Source: Candidatus Calditenuaceae archaeon HR02
GTDB lineage: Archaea > Thermoproteota > Nitrososphaeria_A > Caldarchaeales > Calditenuaceae
Assembly (NCBI GenBank): GCA_002898395.1
Contig: BEHE01000032.1
Coordinates: 1 to 9,001, forward strand
DNA length: 9,001 bases
Direction of reading: 5' to 3'
In this document: piece after piece, positions 1 through 6,817 of the stretch
Position numbering within the stretch: the first letter of the stretch is position 1
Layout: every line of letters begins with the position of its first letter
Made by a program: the position numbers and the translations under genes
The notes under the pieces: generated by a model
Told to the model about the DNA's origin: nothing
The model's database searches: none
Seen by the model: the letters and a program-made list of their open reading frames with translations, nothing else

Positions 1-64
1 GTATGCGTAAAGGCTCTGATAAGACTAGAGGCCCCGGAAGAGCGTCTTGACTTGTGAGGCCGCC

Positions 65-949
65 TCAGACCCAGAGGGCGAAGTCACAGGCGTCAGCCAC
101 GTTCGCTTGGCAGAGTGTCTCAACACACGAGATGTTTACCAGTCCGAACGCCTCTTCAAATAGTCCTGAGAGGAATCCTCTGAAGAAGTGGCTTCTGTTA
201 ACACTCGCGCCGGGACGCCGCTTTGAGCACTCGAAAAGCTCCTTAACACTGAGCCGCCAAACCATCTTATTAGCGTCAGCCTGATAGTTCTCCAATACGC
301 ACCAGCCGGAAGCCTGAACCTCAGCGAGGGATAGCCTTACCAGCTCGTCACCCGTCAGCGACGTCTCAGTCCTGAGACTTCTCGCAAAAGCCTCACCATA
401 TTTATGCCCCATGTCGTATAACAGCGCGTTAGCCGCTTCGCCTAGCCTCTCCCTCAGATGCTCCATCATGTCGCAGAAGTAGTCTACCGCGAATACGACA
501 GCCCTCTTATCACCCATCATGAGGGGGAACATGTGACTATTGACGGCTACGCCCTTAGCTAGCGCACCATTCACCGAGAGACTCTCAACCACACCGATAC
601 CGCCCAGGCTATGCTCAATTCCCTCAGGGCTCAACCCGGAGTCCGTATAGTCTACAAAGAGGGAGATGAGCAAGCCTCCGTCGAAGACCTTAACCAGAGA
701 TCCTCCCAACACATCGACAGATTTCTTCGAGGCGATGCTTGAGAGTATGACGATAAGTCCTGAGAGGTCTGGCGCGATGGCTGTCAACTCTGCGACGCTT
801 CTACCCTTCCTGACGCAGAGCGATGGCAGAGAGGTTGGGACGCGAAATGTCTTGGCCGAGAGAAGATTCTCTGGGTAGTACTCAGAGCTTATGTCTCGCG
901 GCCTCGCCGCAGCCGGGGTTGTGACCACGTGATTAACACATAAGCACAT
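65..949 (-). CDS. V4R (4-vinyl reductase) domain ligand-binding protein with an N-terminal ACT-like extension
   Basis: Long minus-strand ORF with stop TGA at 67..65. The C-terminus CSKRRPGASVNRSHFFRGFLSGLFEEAFGLVNISCVETLCQANVADACDFAL fits the V4R pattern C..(F/Y)..G...G......V.E..C...G...C.F. It is preceded by the usual COG1719-type helical part (RAVVFAVDYFCDMMEHLRERLGEAANALLYDMGHKYGEAFA). The N-terminal ~110 aa (ELTAIAPDLSGLIVILSSIASKKSVDVLGGSL...LLISLFVDY...GIGVVESLSV) looks like a beta-alpha-beta-beta-alpha-beta (ACT-like) unit; this is tentative. The start is ambiguous: TTG 967 (ORF-track start), ATG 949 (given here) or GTG 928. GTG 928 would be leaderless relative to the TATA-like box at 958..951. 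Confidence 0.8.
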   Translation of the reverse strand: MCLCVNHVVTTPAAARPRDISSEYYPENLLSAKTFRVPTSLPSLCVRKGRSVAELTAIAPDLSGLIVILSSIASKKSVDVLGGSLVKVFDGGLLISLFVDYTDSGLSPEGIEHSLGGIGVVESLSVNGALAKGVAVNSHMFPLMMGDKRAVVFAVDYFCDMMEHLRERLGEAANALLYDMGHKYGEAFARSLRTETSLTGDELVRLSLAEVQASGWCVLENYQADANKMVWRLSVKELFECSKRRPGASVNRSHFFRGFLSGLFEEAFGLVNISCVETLCQANVADACDFALWV

Positions 950-950
950 G

Positions 951-958
951 CTTATAAA
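951..958 (-). promoter_or_regulatory. TATA-box-like element (TTTATAAG on the minus strand) for the V4R gene
   Basis: Plus-strand CTTATAAA at 951..958 reads TTTATAAG on the minus strand. Its centre lies ~26 nt upstream of the in-frame GTG at 928, the spacing expected for an archaeal leaderless mRNA. If it is used, the TTG 967 and ATG 949 starts are excluded. Confidence 0.4.
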
Positions 959-1011
959 TATTGTCAATCAGTTTGTCTTCAATTCTGCCAAGACTTATTT
1001 TTGTGGAAAAC

Positions 1012-1019
1012 TTTATATA
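1012..1019 (+). promoter_or_regulatory. TATA-box-like element (TTTATATA) with purine-rich BRE-like GGAAAA upstream, for the double-wHTH regulator gene
   Basis: TTTATATA at 1012..1019 is preceded by GGAAAAC (1005..1011). It lies inside the ORF-track start (TTG 1001), which argues against that start. The predicted transcription start is ~1040-1045, just upstream of the in-frame GTG at 1052. Confidence 0.45.
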
Positions 1020-1051
1020 GGGGAGCACCCTCTAAATTTAACAGATGCTCT

Positions 1052-2182
1052 GTGACTAACAAAAACCCAGAGTTGGCCAAAGCATCAAAAAGTGTAAATC
1101 AGAACAGCGAGTTTATTGAACTCTTAGATGCAATCAAGAGATACGGCCCGCGAAACCTCTCACTCATCTCAATGCTGACGGGAATACCGCGGGAAACCGT
1201 CCGGTACAAGGTGAAGAAACAGCTCAAAAACCTCGGATTCGCAATCCAGATGATACCCAATTTCTATAGGATGGGCCTCACAAGGCTCTGCGCAAGACTA
1301 TCATTCACCAAGGAGGGGCTTAAGATAGCGCGTAGCATGTTAGATGAGCTGGGCAGAAACTCATACCTCTCATACTACGGCAAAATCGCGTTCAGCAATG
1401 ACTACCTAGTCCTAATCAACCCACCATCAAGATGGGCCGCAATGTTCGGCGAATTCTTCAACAACCTACAAGACGAAGGCATAATCGAGGGCGTCGAGAT
1501 GAGCGAGATCAAGGAGGTTGGATACCCACACGTATCATACCGCCTCTTCGACTTCGAAAACGGTACTTGGATGCTTGAGGACGGTGTAAGACATACCTGC
1601 GAAGGCGTAATCACGATACAGAAAGCCTCGAGCGAAGAGGCCGCCAACTACCTTATAGATTCGACGGACCTCGCAATAATCACGGAGTTATATGGCGATG
1701 CGTTTGCACCGCTGACAAGAGCATCATCAAATATCGGCCGTGACCCAAGACTACTAAGATACCACTTCCAAGAACATATTGTCAGAAAAGGGCTTATAGC
1801 GGGCTATGTGCTGCACTGGTTTCCAAATGGGGTTAATGCCTCTAACATCTCCAGAATATGGATCAGGGTTAATACACTTCCTAGTACTATACTTCATGAA
1901 TTTTCTAGGGAAGTCGCATCCTCGCCGTTCTGTAAATTTTATCAATTCTTAAATGATAACACATTGCTAATATATCTGCTCATTGACCGGCAATTTTCAT
2001 TCGCCGTCAGACACCTCTCGAACATATTCACAGAATATGGCGTAAGCGGTGAGTCTTTTATAGTGGAAGACGCTTTTTCGTTTACATTGACTAAGGAGAT
2101 GTTTAAAGACGGCTACGGTTGGTTAAAACCGAGGATATCACTACAAGTAATTAATGAGGGGGGAATGGTACCGGAGAGTTAA
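1052..2182 (+). CDS. Putative transcriptional regulator with two tandem winged-helix (Lrp/AsnC-like) modules
   Basis: Open frame 1001..2182 with stop TAA at 2180..2182. First HTH-like segment: EFIELLDAIKRYGPRNLSLISMLTGIPRETVRYKVKKQLKNLGF. Second: STDLAIITELYGDAFAPLTRASSNIGRDPRLLRYHFQEHIVRKGLI. Each is followed by a ~100 aa region ending in an aromatic F..G.W motif (FDFENGTW and FKDGYGW). The start is set to GTG 1052 because of the TATA box at 1012..1019; TTG 1001 and TTG 1073 remain possible. Confidence 0.75.
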   Translation: MTNKNPELAKASKSVNQNSEFIELLDAIKRYGPRNLSLISMLTGIPRETVRYKVKKQLKNLGFAIQMIPNFYRMGLTRLCARLSFTKEGLKIARSMLDELGRNSYLSYYGKIAFSNDYLVLINPPSRWAAMFGEFFNNLQDEGIIEGVEMSEIKEVGYPHVSYRLFDFENGTWMLEDGVRHTCEGVITIQKASSEEAANYLIDSTDLAIITELYGDAFAPLTRASSNIGRDPRLLRYHFQEHIVRKGLIAGYVLHWFPNGVNASNISRIWIRVNTLPSTILHEFSREVASSPFCKFYQFLNDNTLLIYLLIDRQFSFAVRHLSNIFTEYGVSGESFIVEDAFSFTLTKEMFKDGYGWLKPRISLQVINEGGMVPES

Positions 2183-2462
2183 CATTGTCCTAACTTAAGA
2201 TGGATCCTTCCCGATTGGTGGGCCCTGCATCACTTAGTCACCGTGCTTTACGTGAGTATAGAGGGTTTATAAGGTTTTTCCTTTAAAACAACAATTTTGT
2301 TTTATGTTTGGGAATTAGGAAAAGTAAATGGCGGGGTTTAGGGGTGTTTTATGGCTTCTAGGCAGGTTTTTCTCTTTGGTTTAAACTTATTCTAGAGGCC
2401 GTAGGCCGGTGAATACCTTTATTTTTCGTATTTGGGTGCTTGTGTTAGGCGGTTAGTCTGAA

Positions 2463-3656
2463 TTGTTGCCAATCAAGGTTAGAGAGGGGCTTCCGAGGGA
2501 TTTCTGGATTCTCTTACTCTCGCTTTTCTTGATTAATATGTTCGGGCTCGGGTTTAGTCCGTTCATGGCCTATTTTCTCCGCGAGGTTGGTGGGAGTGTT
2601 GGTGAGGTTGCCCTTGTCTTGGCAGTCTCCAGGGTTGCGTATACGTTTTTTCTCGTGGTTGGTGGCTTGGTTAGTGATTTTGTGGGTAGGCGGCTGCCCT
2701 TGATAGTGGGGCCTATCGTCATTGGGCTCTCATATATCGCGTTGTCGGGTGCCAGGTCTTGGAGTGATACAATAATTCCCCTAACCTTCTCGATGCTTCC
2801 TGTGGCCTTCACGGCGCCGGCGGTCTTTGCATACATACCAGATGTGGTTGACGAGTCGAGGTATGGTCGAGCCTATGGAGTCTACTTTGCCGTCATTAAT
2901 CTAAGTGCGGTCTTAGGATACGTTATAGTCGGCCACATGATTGAAGTGTTTGGATATAGCACCAGCCTCGTCGCGGTCGGCGTTGCATCAATCTTAACGG
3001 CCCTCATCAGGGTTTGGCTCAGAGAGCCTAGAAGGACCCGTGTGGATCGTCCACTCATTATGTATCTGAGGGAGGCTTATGGCCAGTTGAGGCGCAGGCT
3101 CATATCCCTGCTAATCTTGTCGCGCGGCCTCTACCTTGGACTCGCATCAACCATGGGCTCGGTCATTATCCCGTTATGGGCCAGAGAGATAGCCTCGTTG
3201 GGCGAGGCCCAGCTATCATTCATCTTCGCTATAGAGGCGGCCATCTACTCCGTGCTCGCGCCGATAGGCGGTAGGCTGGTTGAGTCTCAGAGGTGGTGGC
3301 TCCGCCTCAGCCTCCTCGAGCTCCTGATAAAGATCCCGGCCCTACTCATCCTTATCTCCACTTCGACTTTTCTCCAGCTACTGCTAGTCATGTTGCTTGA
3401 CTCGGGGCTGGCTATATTCATCATACCTGCCCTTGACTCGCGCCTCTCCTCGGAGCTTGCCAGTATCCACAGGGGCGCCATCTGGGGCCTACAGCAGTCC
3501 ATCACCTCGGCTGCCACAATCACCCTCATACTGGTTGGCGGGTATGCGTGGGAGCTGCTAGGCCCCGTGAATACAATCTTCGTCCTTCTAGCCTATCCGG
3601 TCGGAATGATGTTGCTAATTCTTGCTTTGGCTAGGGCTGGTTATGAGGGCCGGTAG
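2463..3656 (+). CDS. Major facilitator superfamily (MFS) transporter
   Basis: 397 aa, hydrophobic throughout, with about 10-12 predicted helices. It carries the MFS motif A between TM2 and TM3 (GGLVSDFVGRRLPLIVG, i.e. G..-.D..GRR). TTG 2463 is the first start after the in-frame TAG at 2454, and a second TTG follows at 2466. Substrate cannot be read from the sequence. Confidence 0.85.
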   Translation: MLPIKVREGLPRDFWILLLSLFLINMFGLGFSPFMAYFLREVGGSVGEVALVLAVSRVAYTFFLVVGGLVSDFVGRRLPLIVGPIVIGLSYIALSGARSWSDTIIPLTFSMLPVAFTAPAVFAYIPDVVDESRYGRAYGVYFAVINLSAVLGYVIVGHMIEVFGYSTSLVAVGVASILTALIRVWLREPRRTRVDRPLIMYLREAYGQLRRRLISLLILSRGLYLGLASTMGSVIIPLWAREIASLGEAQLSFIFAIEAAIYSVLAPIGGRLVESQRWWLRLSLLELLIKIPALLILISTSTFLQLLLVMLLDSGLAIFIIPALDSRLSSELASIHRGAIWGLQQSITSAATITLILVGGYAWELLGPVNTIFVLLAYPVGMMLLILALARAGYEGR

Positions 3657-3661
3657 TTTTT
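3657..3661 (+). terminator. Oligo-T tract immediately after the MFS stop codon (candidate archaeal terminator)
   Basis: TAG (3654..3656) is followed directly by TTTTT (3657..3661). Archaeal RNA polymerase terminates at oligo-T runs. No transcript evidence is available. Confidence 0.3.
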
Positions 3662-3667
3662 CCGGCT

Positions 3668-3726
3668 AGCTAAATCATCAGCTATTTGTTTGTGATAAAG
3701 GATAATCAGCTGACAGTAAGCTAAAT
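3668..3726. promoter_or_regulatory. Repeated AGCTAAAT / ATCAGCT motifs plus a TATA-like TAAATAT upstream of the zinc-ribbon/wHTH gene
   Basis: AGCTAAAT occurs at 3668..3675 and 3719..3726. ATCAGCT occurs at 3677..3683 and 3705..3711. The two halves appear in swapped order (A-B ... B-A). The second AGCTAAAT overlaps TAAATAT (3722..3728), which lies ~50 nt upstream of ATG 3776. Confidence 0.35.
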
Positions 3727-3775
3727 ATCCCCGAATCTGCCGGCGGGATGGTGATTAACAGAAGAGGTGTATGCG

Positions 3776-4660
3776 ATGGGGCTCGATGTGAAGAGGCAGG
3801 AGGCAAGCCTTCTCGCAGGGGTTGAACCCGCCCTTCTGGCCAGCTTCATTAGGAGGATTCTCAGCTACCTAGGAGTCACAGTCCTGAGGCCGAGCATCAA
3901 TAACAGGGATAAGAGTAGGATTGTCTATCCTCAGGCTGACGCGTTATTCGGGACAAATGGTGAGGAGACGGTCAGGATGCTTGAAGCCCTCACCTCGATG
4001 GGAGTCTTTAGGAGGGTGCTTCTGGAGGTCGTCAAAGTATGCCCGAACTGTGGCTCGTCCTCGATAGAGATGCGAGAGAAATGCCCCTCATGTGGTGCAG
4101 AGACAACCGTACAGTTCTTAGCGGGGGCAATGCCCGCCTGCCCCTCCTGCGGGGAGAGGCTGGACGGGTCAACGGCTCTACTGACTTGTAGAGGCTGTGG
4201 GTCGAGCTTTACGCTTCAGAGCAGCAGGGATGTTCCACTATACATGTATGTTCTGGCAAGCCCTTCTGAGGAGCAGCGAAGTGTTCTGGGCGAATGGGCT
4301 GGGAGGGCCCGAACCTCTGAAAGCCTCTCAATGGAGATGGTTAAGGTTATTGACGCCTTTGCTGAGAGGCTGGACAAGGTTCTTGAGGAGTACTTCAAGG
4401 CTCGGCCGATGTATCAGGTGTCCCAAACGACATCTGTCCAGCCGCAGGGTGGGGTTACTCACATCCAGCTGGCGCCACATCTTGCAAAGACATACCAGGT
4501 TGTGAGGAACAAGGGCAGGGTAACCGCTCTGGACGTTTCTATGGAAACAGGCCGGTCCAGGCCCCTGGAGAGTGTGTATCTGAACCAGCTCGTAGCCCTT
4601 GGGCTGGTCACGAAGCATCGGGTTGGGAGGAAGCTCTACTTCACACCGAAGGTGCAGTAA
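3776..4660 (+). CDS. Putative DNA-binding regulator with a double zinc ribbon (4 x CxxC) and a C-terminal winged helix
   Basis: Open frame 3767..4660. Four CxxC pairs lie within 53 residues: CPNCG, CPSCG, CPSCG, CRGCG (nt 4040..4198). The C-terminus VTALDVSMETGRSRPLESVYLNQLVALGLVTKHRVGRKLYF is a MarR/ArsR/TrmB-style wHTH. ATG 3776 is preferred over GTG 3767 because GAGGTG (3764..3769) is a Shine-Dalgarno match 6 nt upstream of it. Confidence 0.8.
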   Translation: MGLDVKRQEASLLAGVEPALLASFIRRILSYLGVTVLRPSINNRDKSRIVYPQADALFGTNGEETVRMLEALTSMGVFRRVLLEVVKVCPNCGSSSIEMREKCPSCGAETTVQFLAGAMPACPSCGERLDGSTALLTCRGCGSSFTLQSSRDVPLYMYVLASPSEEQRSVLGEWAGRARTSESLSMEMVKVIDAFAERLDKVLEEYFKARPMYQVSQTTSVQPQGGVTHIQLAPHLAKTYQVVRNKGRVTALDVSMETGRSRPLESVYLNQLVALGLVTKHRVGRKLYFTPKVQ

Positions 4661-4702
4661 GGTTACAATTATAACGCAGCGCCTCCCCAGCTCTTTCAAG
4701 GA

Positions 4703-5353
4703 ATGCCCCGGCTCGGAGTAATCTTCGACCTAGACGGGACACTCATAAAGTTTCCTGAGCCTTGGATAAGGGAGGCTAGGAGGGAGTTTCTAAACTGGCT
4801 TGTAAACACTTTCCCGGTGGATATAGAGGCCATAGATGAGCTTTCCATCCCGCAGATAATTGAGAAGGTCGCGGATGGTGACCGCTCAATGTATAGGCTT
4901 CTCCGCGGGGTTGCAAACTCGATGTATGTGAAGCGCGAGATGGAGGCTGCTGAGAACGCCGCTGTCAGGGAGGGGGTTGTCGAGCTGTTGGAGGAGCTTA
5001 GGAGGATGGGTGTATCGATGAGCATTGCGACTAACAATTGTAGGGATGCTGCGATACTCTCGCTGGACACGGCTGGCATAAGGGAGTATTTTGACTGCGT
5101 GGTGAGTAGGAGTGATGTGGAGGAGATGAAGCCGAGCCCCGAGATGCTACTGAAAGCCGCCTACGCGACTAACACCCCGCTCAGTATGGGGATGCACGTA
5201 GGAGACTCTGTCGTCGATGTACTAGCAGCGCGCTCCATAGGGATGATGGCCATCTCCGTAACAGGAGGCGTTCACAGTTTAGAGAAACTCCTACCATCTA
5301 GGCCGCACTTCATCATAGAGCGGCCAATCCAACTTCTCGAGATATTGAGATAG
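4703..5353 (+). CDS. HAD-superfamily phosphatase, subfamily IA-like (phosphoglycolate-phosphatase / beta-phosphoglucomutase type)
   Basis: All four HAD motifs are present: I VIFDLDGTL (DxDxT), II SIATNN, III MKPSPE (K-P-x-P), IV VGDSVVD (GDxxxD). A helical cap insert sits between motifs I and II, as in C1-cap (IA) enzymes. The gene lies 42 nt downstream of the previous gene. Substrate is not determinable from the sequence. Confidence 0.85.
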   Translation: MPRLGVIFDLDGTLIKFPEPWIREARREFLNWLVNTFPVDIEAIDELSIPQIIEKVADGDRSMYRLLRGVANSMYVKREMEAAENAAVREGVVELLEELRRMGVSMSIATNNCRDAAILSLDTAGIREYFDCVVSRSDVEEMKPSPEMLLKAAYATNTPLSMGMHVGDSVVDVLAARSIGMMAISVTGGVHSLEKLLPSRPHFIIERPIQLLEILR

Positions 5354-5393
5354 GCCCAGCCTATAAGCCACCCTCGACCATAGGTGTCACGGG

Positions 5394-6791
5394 TTGGCCG
5401 CAGGGCACTCAATAGTCAAGAATCTAGCGGAGCTGGAGGACCTATTCAGGAGCAGGGAAGGTGTTCTTGCAGACCTACTCAGCCTAGTAGGCTCCGCCCT
5501 AACGGCTGTCGAGCCTAGGGGGCTTATTCAGAGAAAGGTGGAGATCAGGGCGGGTGAGCTGATTGTTGGTGGTGAGGCTCTATGCCTTAGGGAGTTTAGA
5601 GAAATATGGGTGGTCTCGGTAGGTAAGGCTGCCCCAGGCATGGCTCGGGGAATGCTCGACGTGCTTGACAGGCCTGTTGGAAAGTGTATCGTAATAGCTC
5701 CGGTCGGGTCTGACACATCGATTATTGAGGGTGAGGCAGAGGTTCACCTCGCCTCACACCCAATACCAGACGAGTCGGGGCTCAAGGCCCAAGCCCGACT
5801 CCTCGAGGAGCTTAGCACCGCATCCAGCGACACGCTGATAATCTTCCTGCTCTCAGGCGGATCCTCAGCACTTCTCCCCGCACCCGCCACCGGCCTCAAC
5901 TTGGAAGATGAGGCCGAGGTTACTAGGAGGCTCATGAATGCTGGGGCTACAATCGAAGAATTGAACATCGTGAGGAAGCACATCTCGTCAATCAAGGGTG
6001 GGCAGCTTGCTAGAATGATGATGCCTGCAAGAGTCTTGTGCCTCATCCTCTCGGACGTGCCGGGTGACAGGCTGGACGTGGTGGGCTCAGGGCCGACCGT
6101 CCCAGACCCCTCAACCTTCCGAGACGCCTATAATGTCCTAGTTCGGAGAGGTGTTTGGCATGATGCGCCAGCTAGGGTTAGAGAGAGAATTGAGGCTGGA
6201 ATGGCAGGGACTGTGGAGGAGACGCCCAAGCCCGGGGACCGGGTCTTCCAGAGGGTCACTAACTTCCTTATAGGCAGTGTGAGTGATGCGTGCGAGGCAG
6301 CGGCCCAGGCCGCAAGAGAAATGGGATATGATGCCGTGATACTTTCGAGGAGTTTTGAGGGTGAAGCATCATCGCTGGGCATACTTTTAGGGTCTATTGC
6401 GATTGAGCTGGAGGGGAGGGCTGGGGTCCTCTACGTTCTCGGGGGCGAGTCGACAGTGAGGGTCAAGGGTGGTGGTGTGGGTGGAAGGAATCAGGAGTTA
6501 GCGCTGGCCGCGCTCACTAGGCTGAGAAGAGATAGTAGATGCTTGGTGGTCTCGATTGGAACAGACGGCGTAGACGGACCAACGGATGCAGCAGGTGCCA
6601 TAGCCTGTTCCGAGCAGATCGCAAGGGCGGAGAGCCTCGGCCTTGACCCGCTAGACTACTTAGAGAGAAACGATTCCTACACATTCTTCAAGCAGATTGG
6701 AGGACATATAGTCACAGGCCCCACAGGAACAAACGTGGGAGATGTGGTGCTCGTTTTATCGCCGAGAATTGAGAGGACCGACAAGCCTTAA
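5394..6791 (+). CDS. Glycerate 2-kinase, MOFRL family (often annotated hydroxypyruvate reductase / TtuD)
   Basis: Diagnostic blocks run along the whole length: VGKAAPGMA, ASHPIPDE, FLLSGGSSALL, IEELNIVRKHISSIKGGQLA, LILSDVPGDRLDVVGSGPT, GGESTVRVKGGGVGGRNQELALAA, GTDGVDGPTDAAGA, NDSYTFF, VTGPTGTNVGDV. These closely resemble characterised MOFRL glycerate kinases such as Thermotoga TM1585, recalled from memory. TTG 5394 is the first start after the in-frame TAA at 5364, and AGGTG (5382..5386) lies 7 nt upstream. Confidence 0.93.
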   Translation: MAAGHSIVKNLAELEDLFRSREGVLADLLSLVGSALTAVEPRGLIQRKVEIRAGELIVGGEALCLREFREIWVVSVGKAAPGMARGMLDVLDRPVGKCIVIAPVGSDTSIIEGEAEVHLASHPIPDESGLKAQARLLEELSTASSDTLIIFLLSGGSSALLPAPATGLNLEDEAEVTRRLMNAGATIEELNIVRKHISSIKGGQLARMMMPARVLCLILSDVPGDRLDVVGSGPTVPDPSTFRDAYNVLVRRGVWHDAPARVRERIEAGMAGTVEETPKPGDRVFQRVTNFLIGSVSDACEAAAQAAREMGYDAVILSRSFEGEASSLGILLGSIAIELEGRAGVLYVLGGESTVRVKGGGVGGRNQELALAALTRLRRDSRCLVVSIGTDGVDGPTDAAGAIACSEQIARAESLGLDPLDYLERNDSYTFFKQIGGHIVTGPTGTNVGDVVLVLSPRIERTDKP

Positions 6792-6817
6792 ATAGGCTCA
6801 ACTAGGTGCAGAAGCCG

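Noticed and set aside
54-878. Plus-strand ORFs 54..284 and 666..878
   Set aside because: They lie entirely antisense to the well-supported V4R gene, have low-complexity Ser/Thr/Arg-rich translations and show no start signals.
1402-1945. Minus-strand ORFs 1402..1647 and 1754..1945
   Set aside because: They are antisense to the regulator CDS and have no domain-like sequence.
2328-2384. 18-codon sORF MAGFRGVLWLLGRFFSLV as an independent gene
   Set aside because: It is too short and has no convincing SD. I kept it only as a possible uORF within the intergenic-region finding.
2183-2462. The long AT/GT-rich intergenic region as a replication origin
   Set aside because: I saw no origin recognition box (ORB or mini-ORB) type inverted repeats, and no adjacent cdc6/orc1 gene lies in the window.
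2570-3529. Minus-strand ORFs 2570..2836 and 3287..3529
   Set aside because: They are antisense to the MFS gene. Their translations are Thr/Arg/Ser-rich, as is typical of reverse-frame artefacts.
3693-3712. C/D-box sRNA: GTGATAA (C-box-like) followed 11 nt later by CTGA (D-prime-like)
   Set aside because: No matching C-prime/D pair or terminal stem follows. The C box has a mismatch to RUGAUGA. The words also form part of the repeated ATCAGCT motif.
4197-5079. ORFs 4197..4505 (+), 4216..4398 (-), 4328..4699 (-) and 4696..5079 (-)
   Set aside because: All overlap the zinc-ribbon/wHTH or HAD genes, either out of frame or antisense. They are Arg/Leu/Ser-rich with no motifs, whereas the annotated frames carry clear CxxC, wHTH and HAD motifs.
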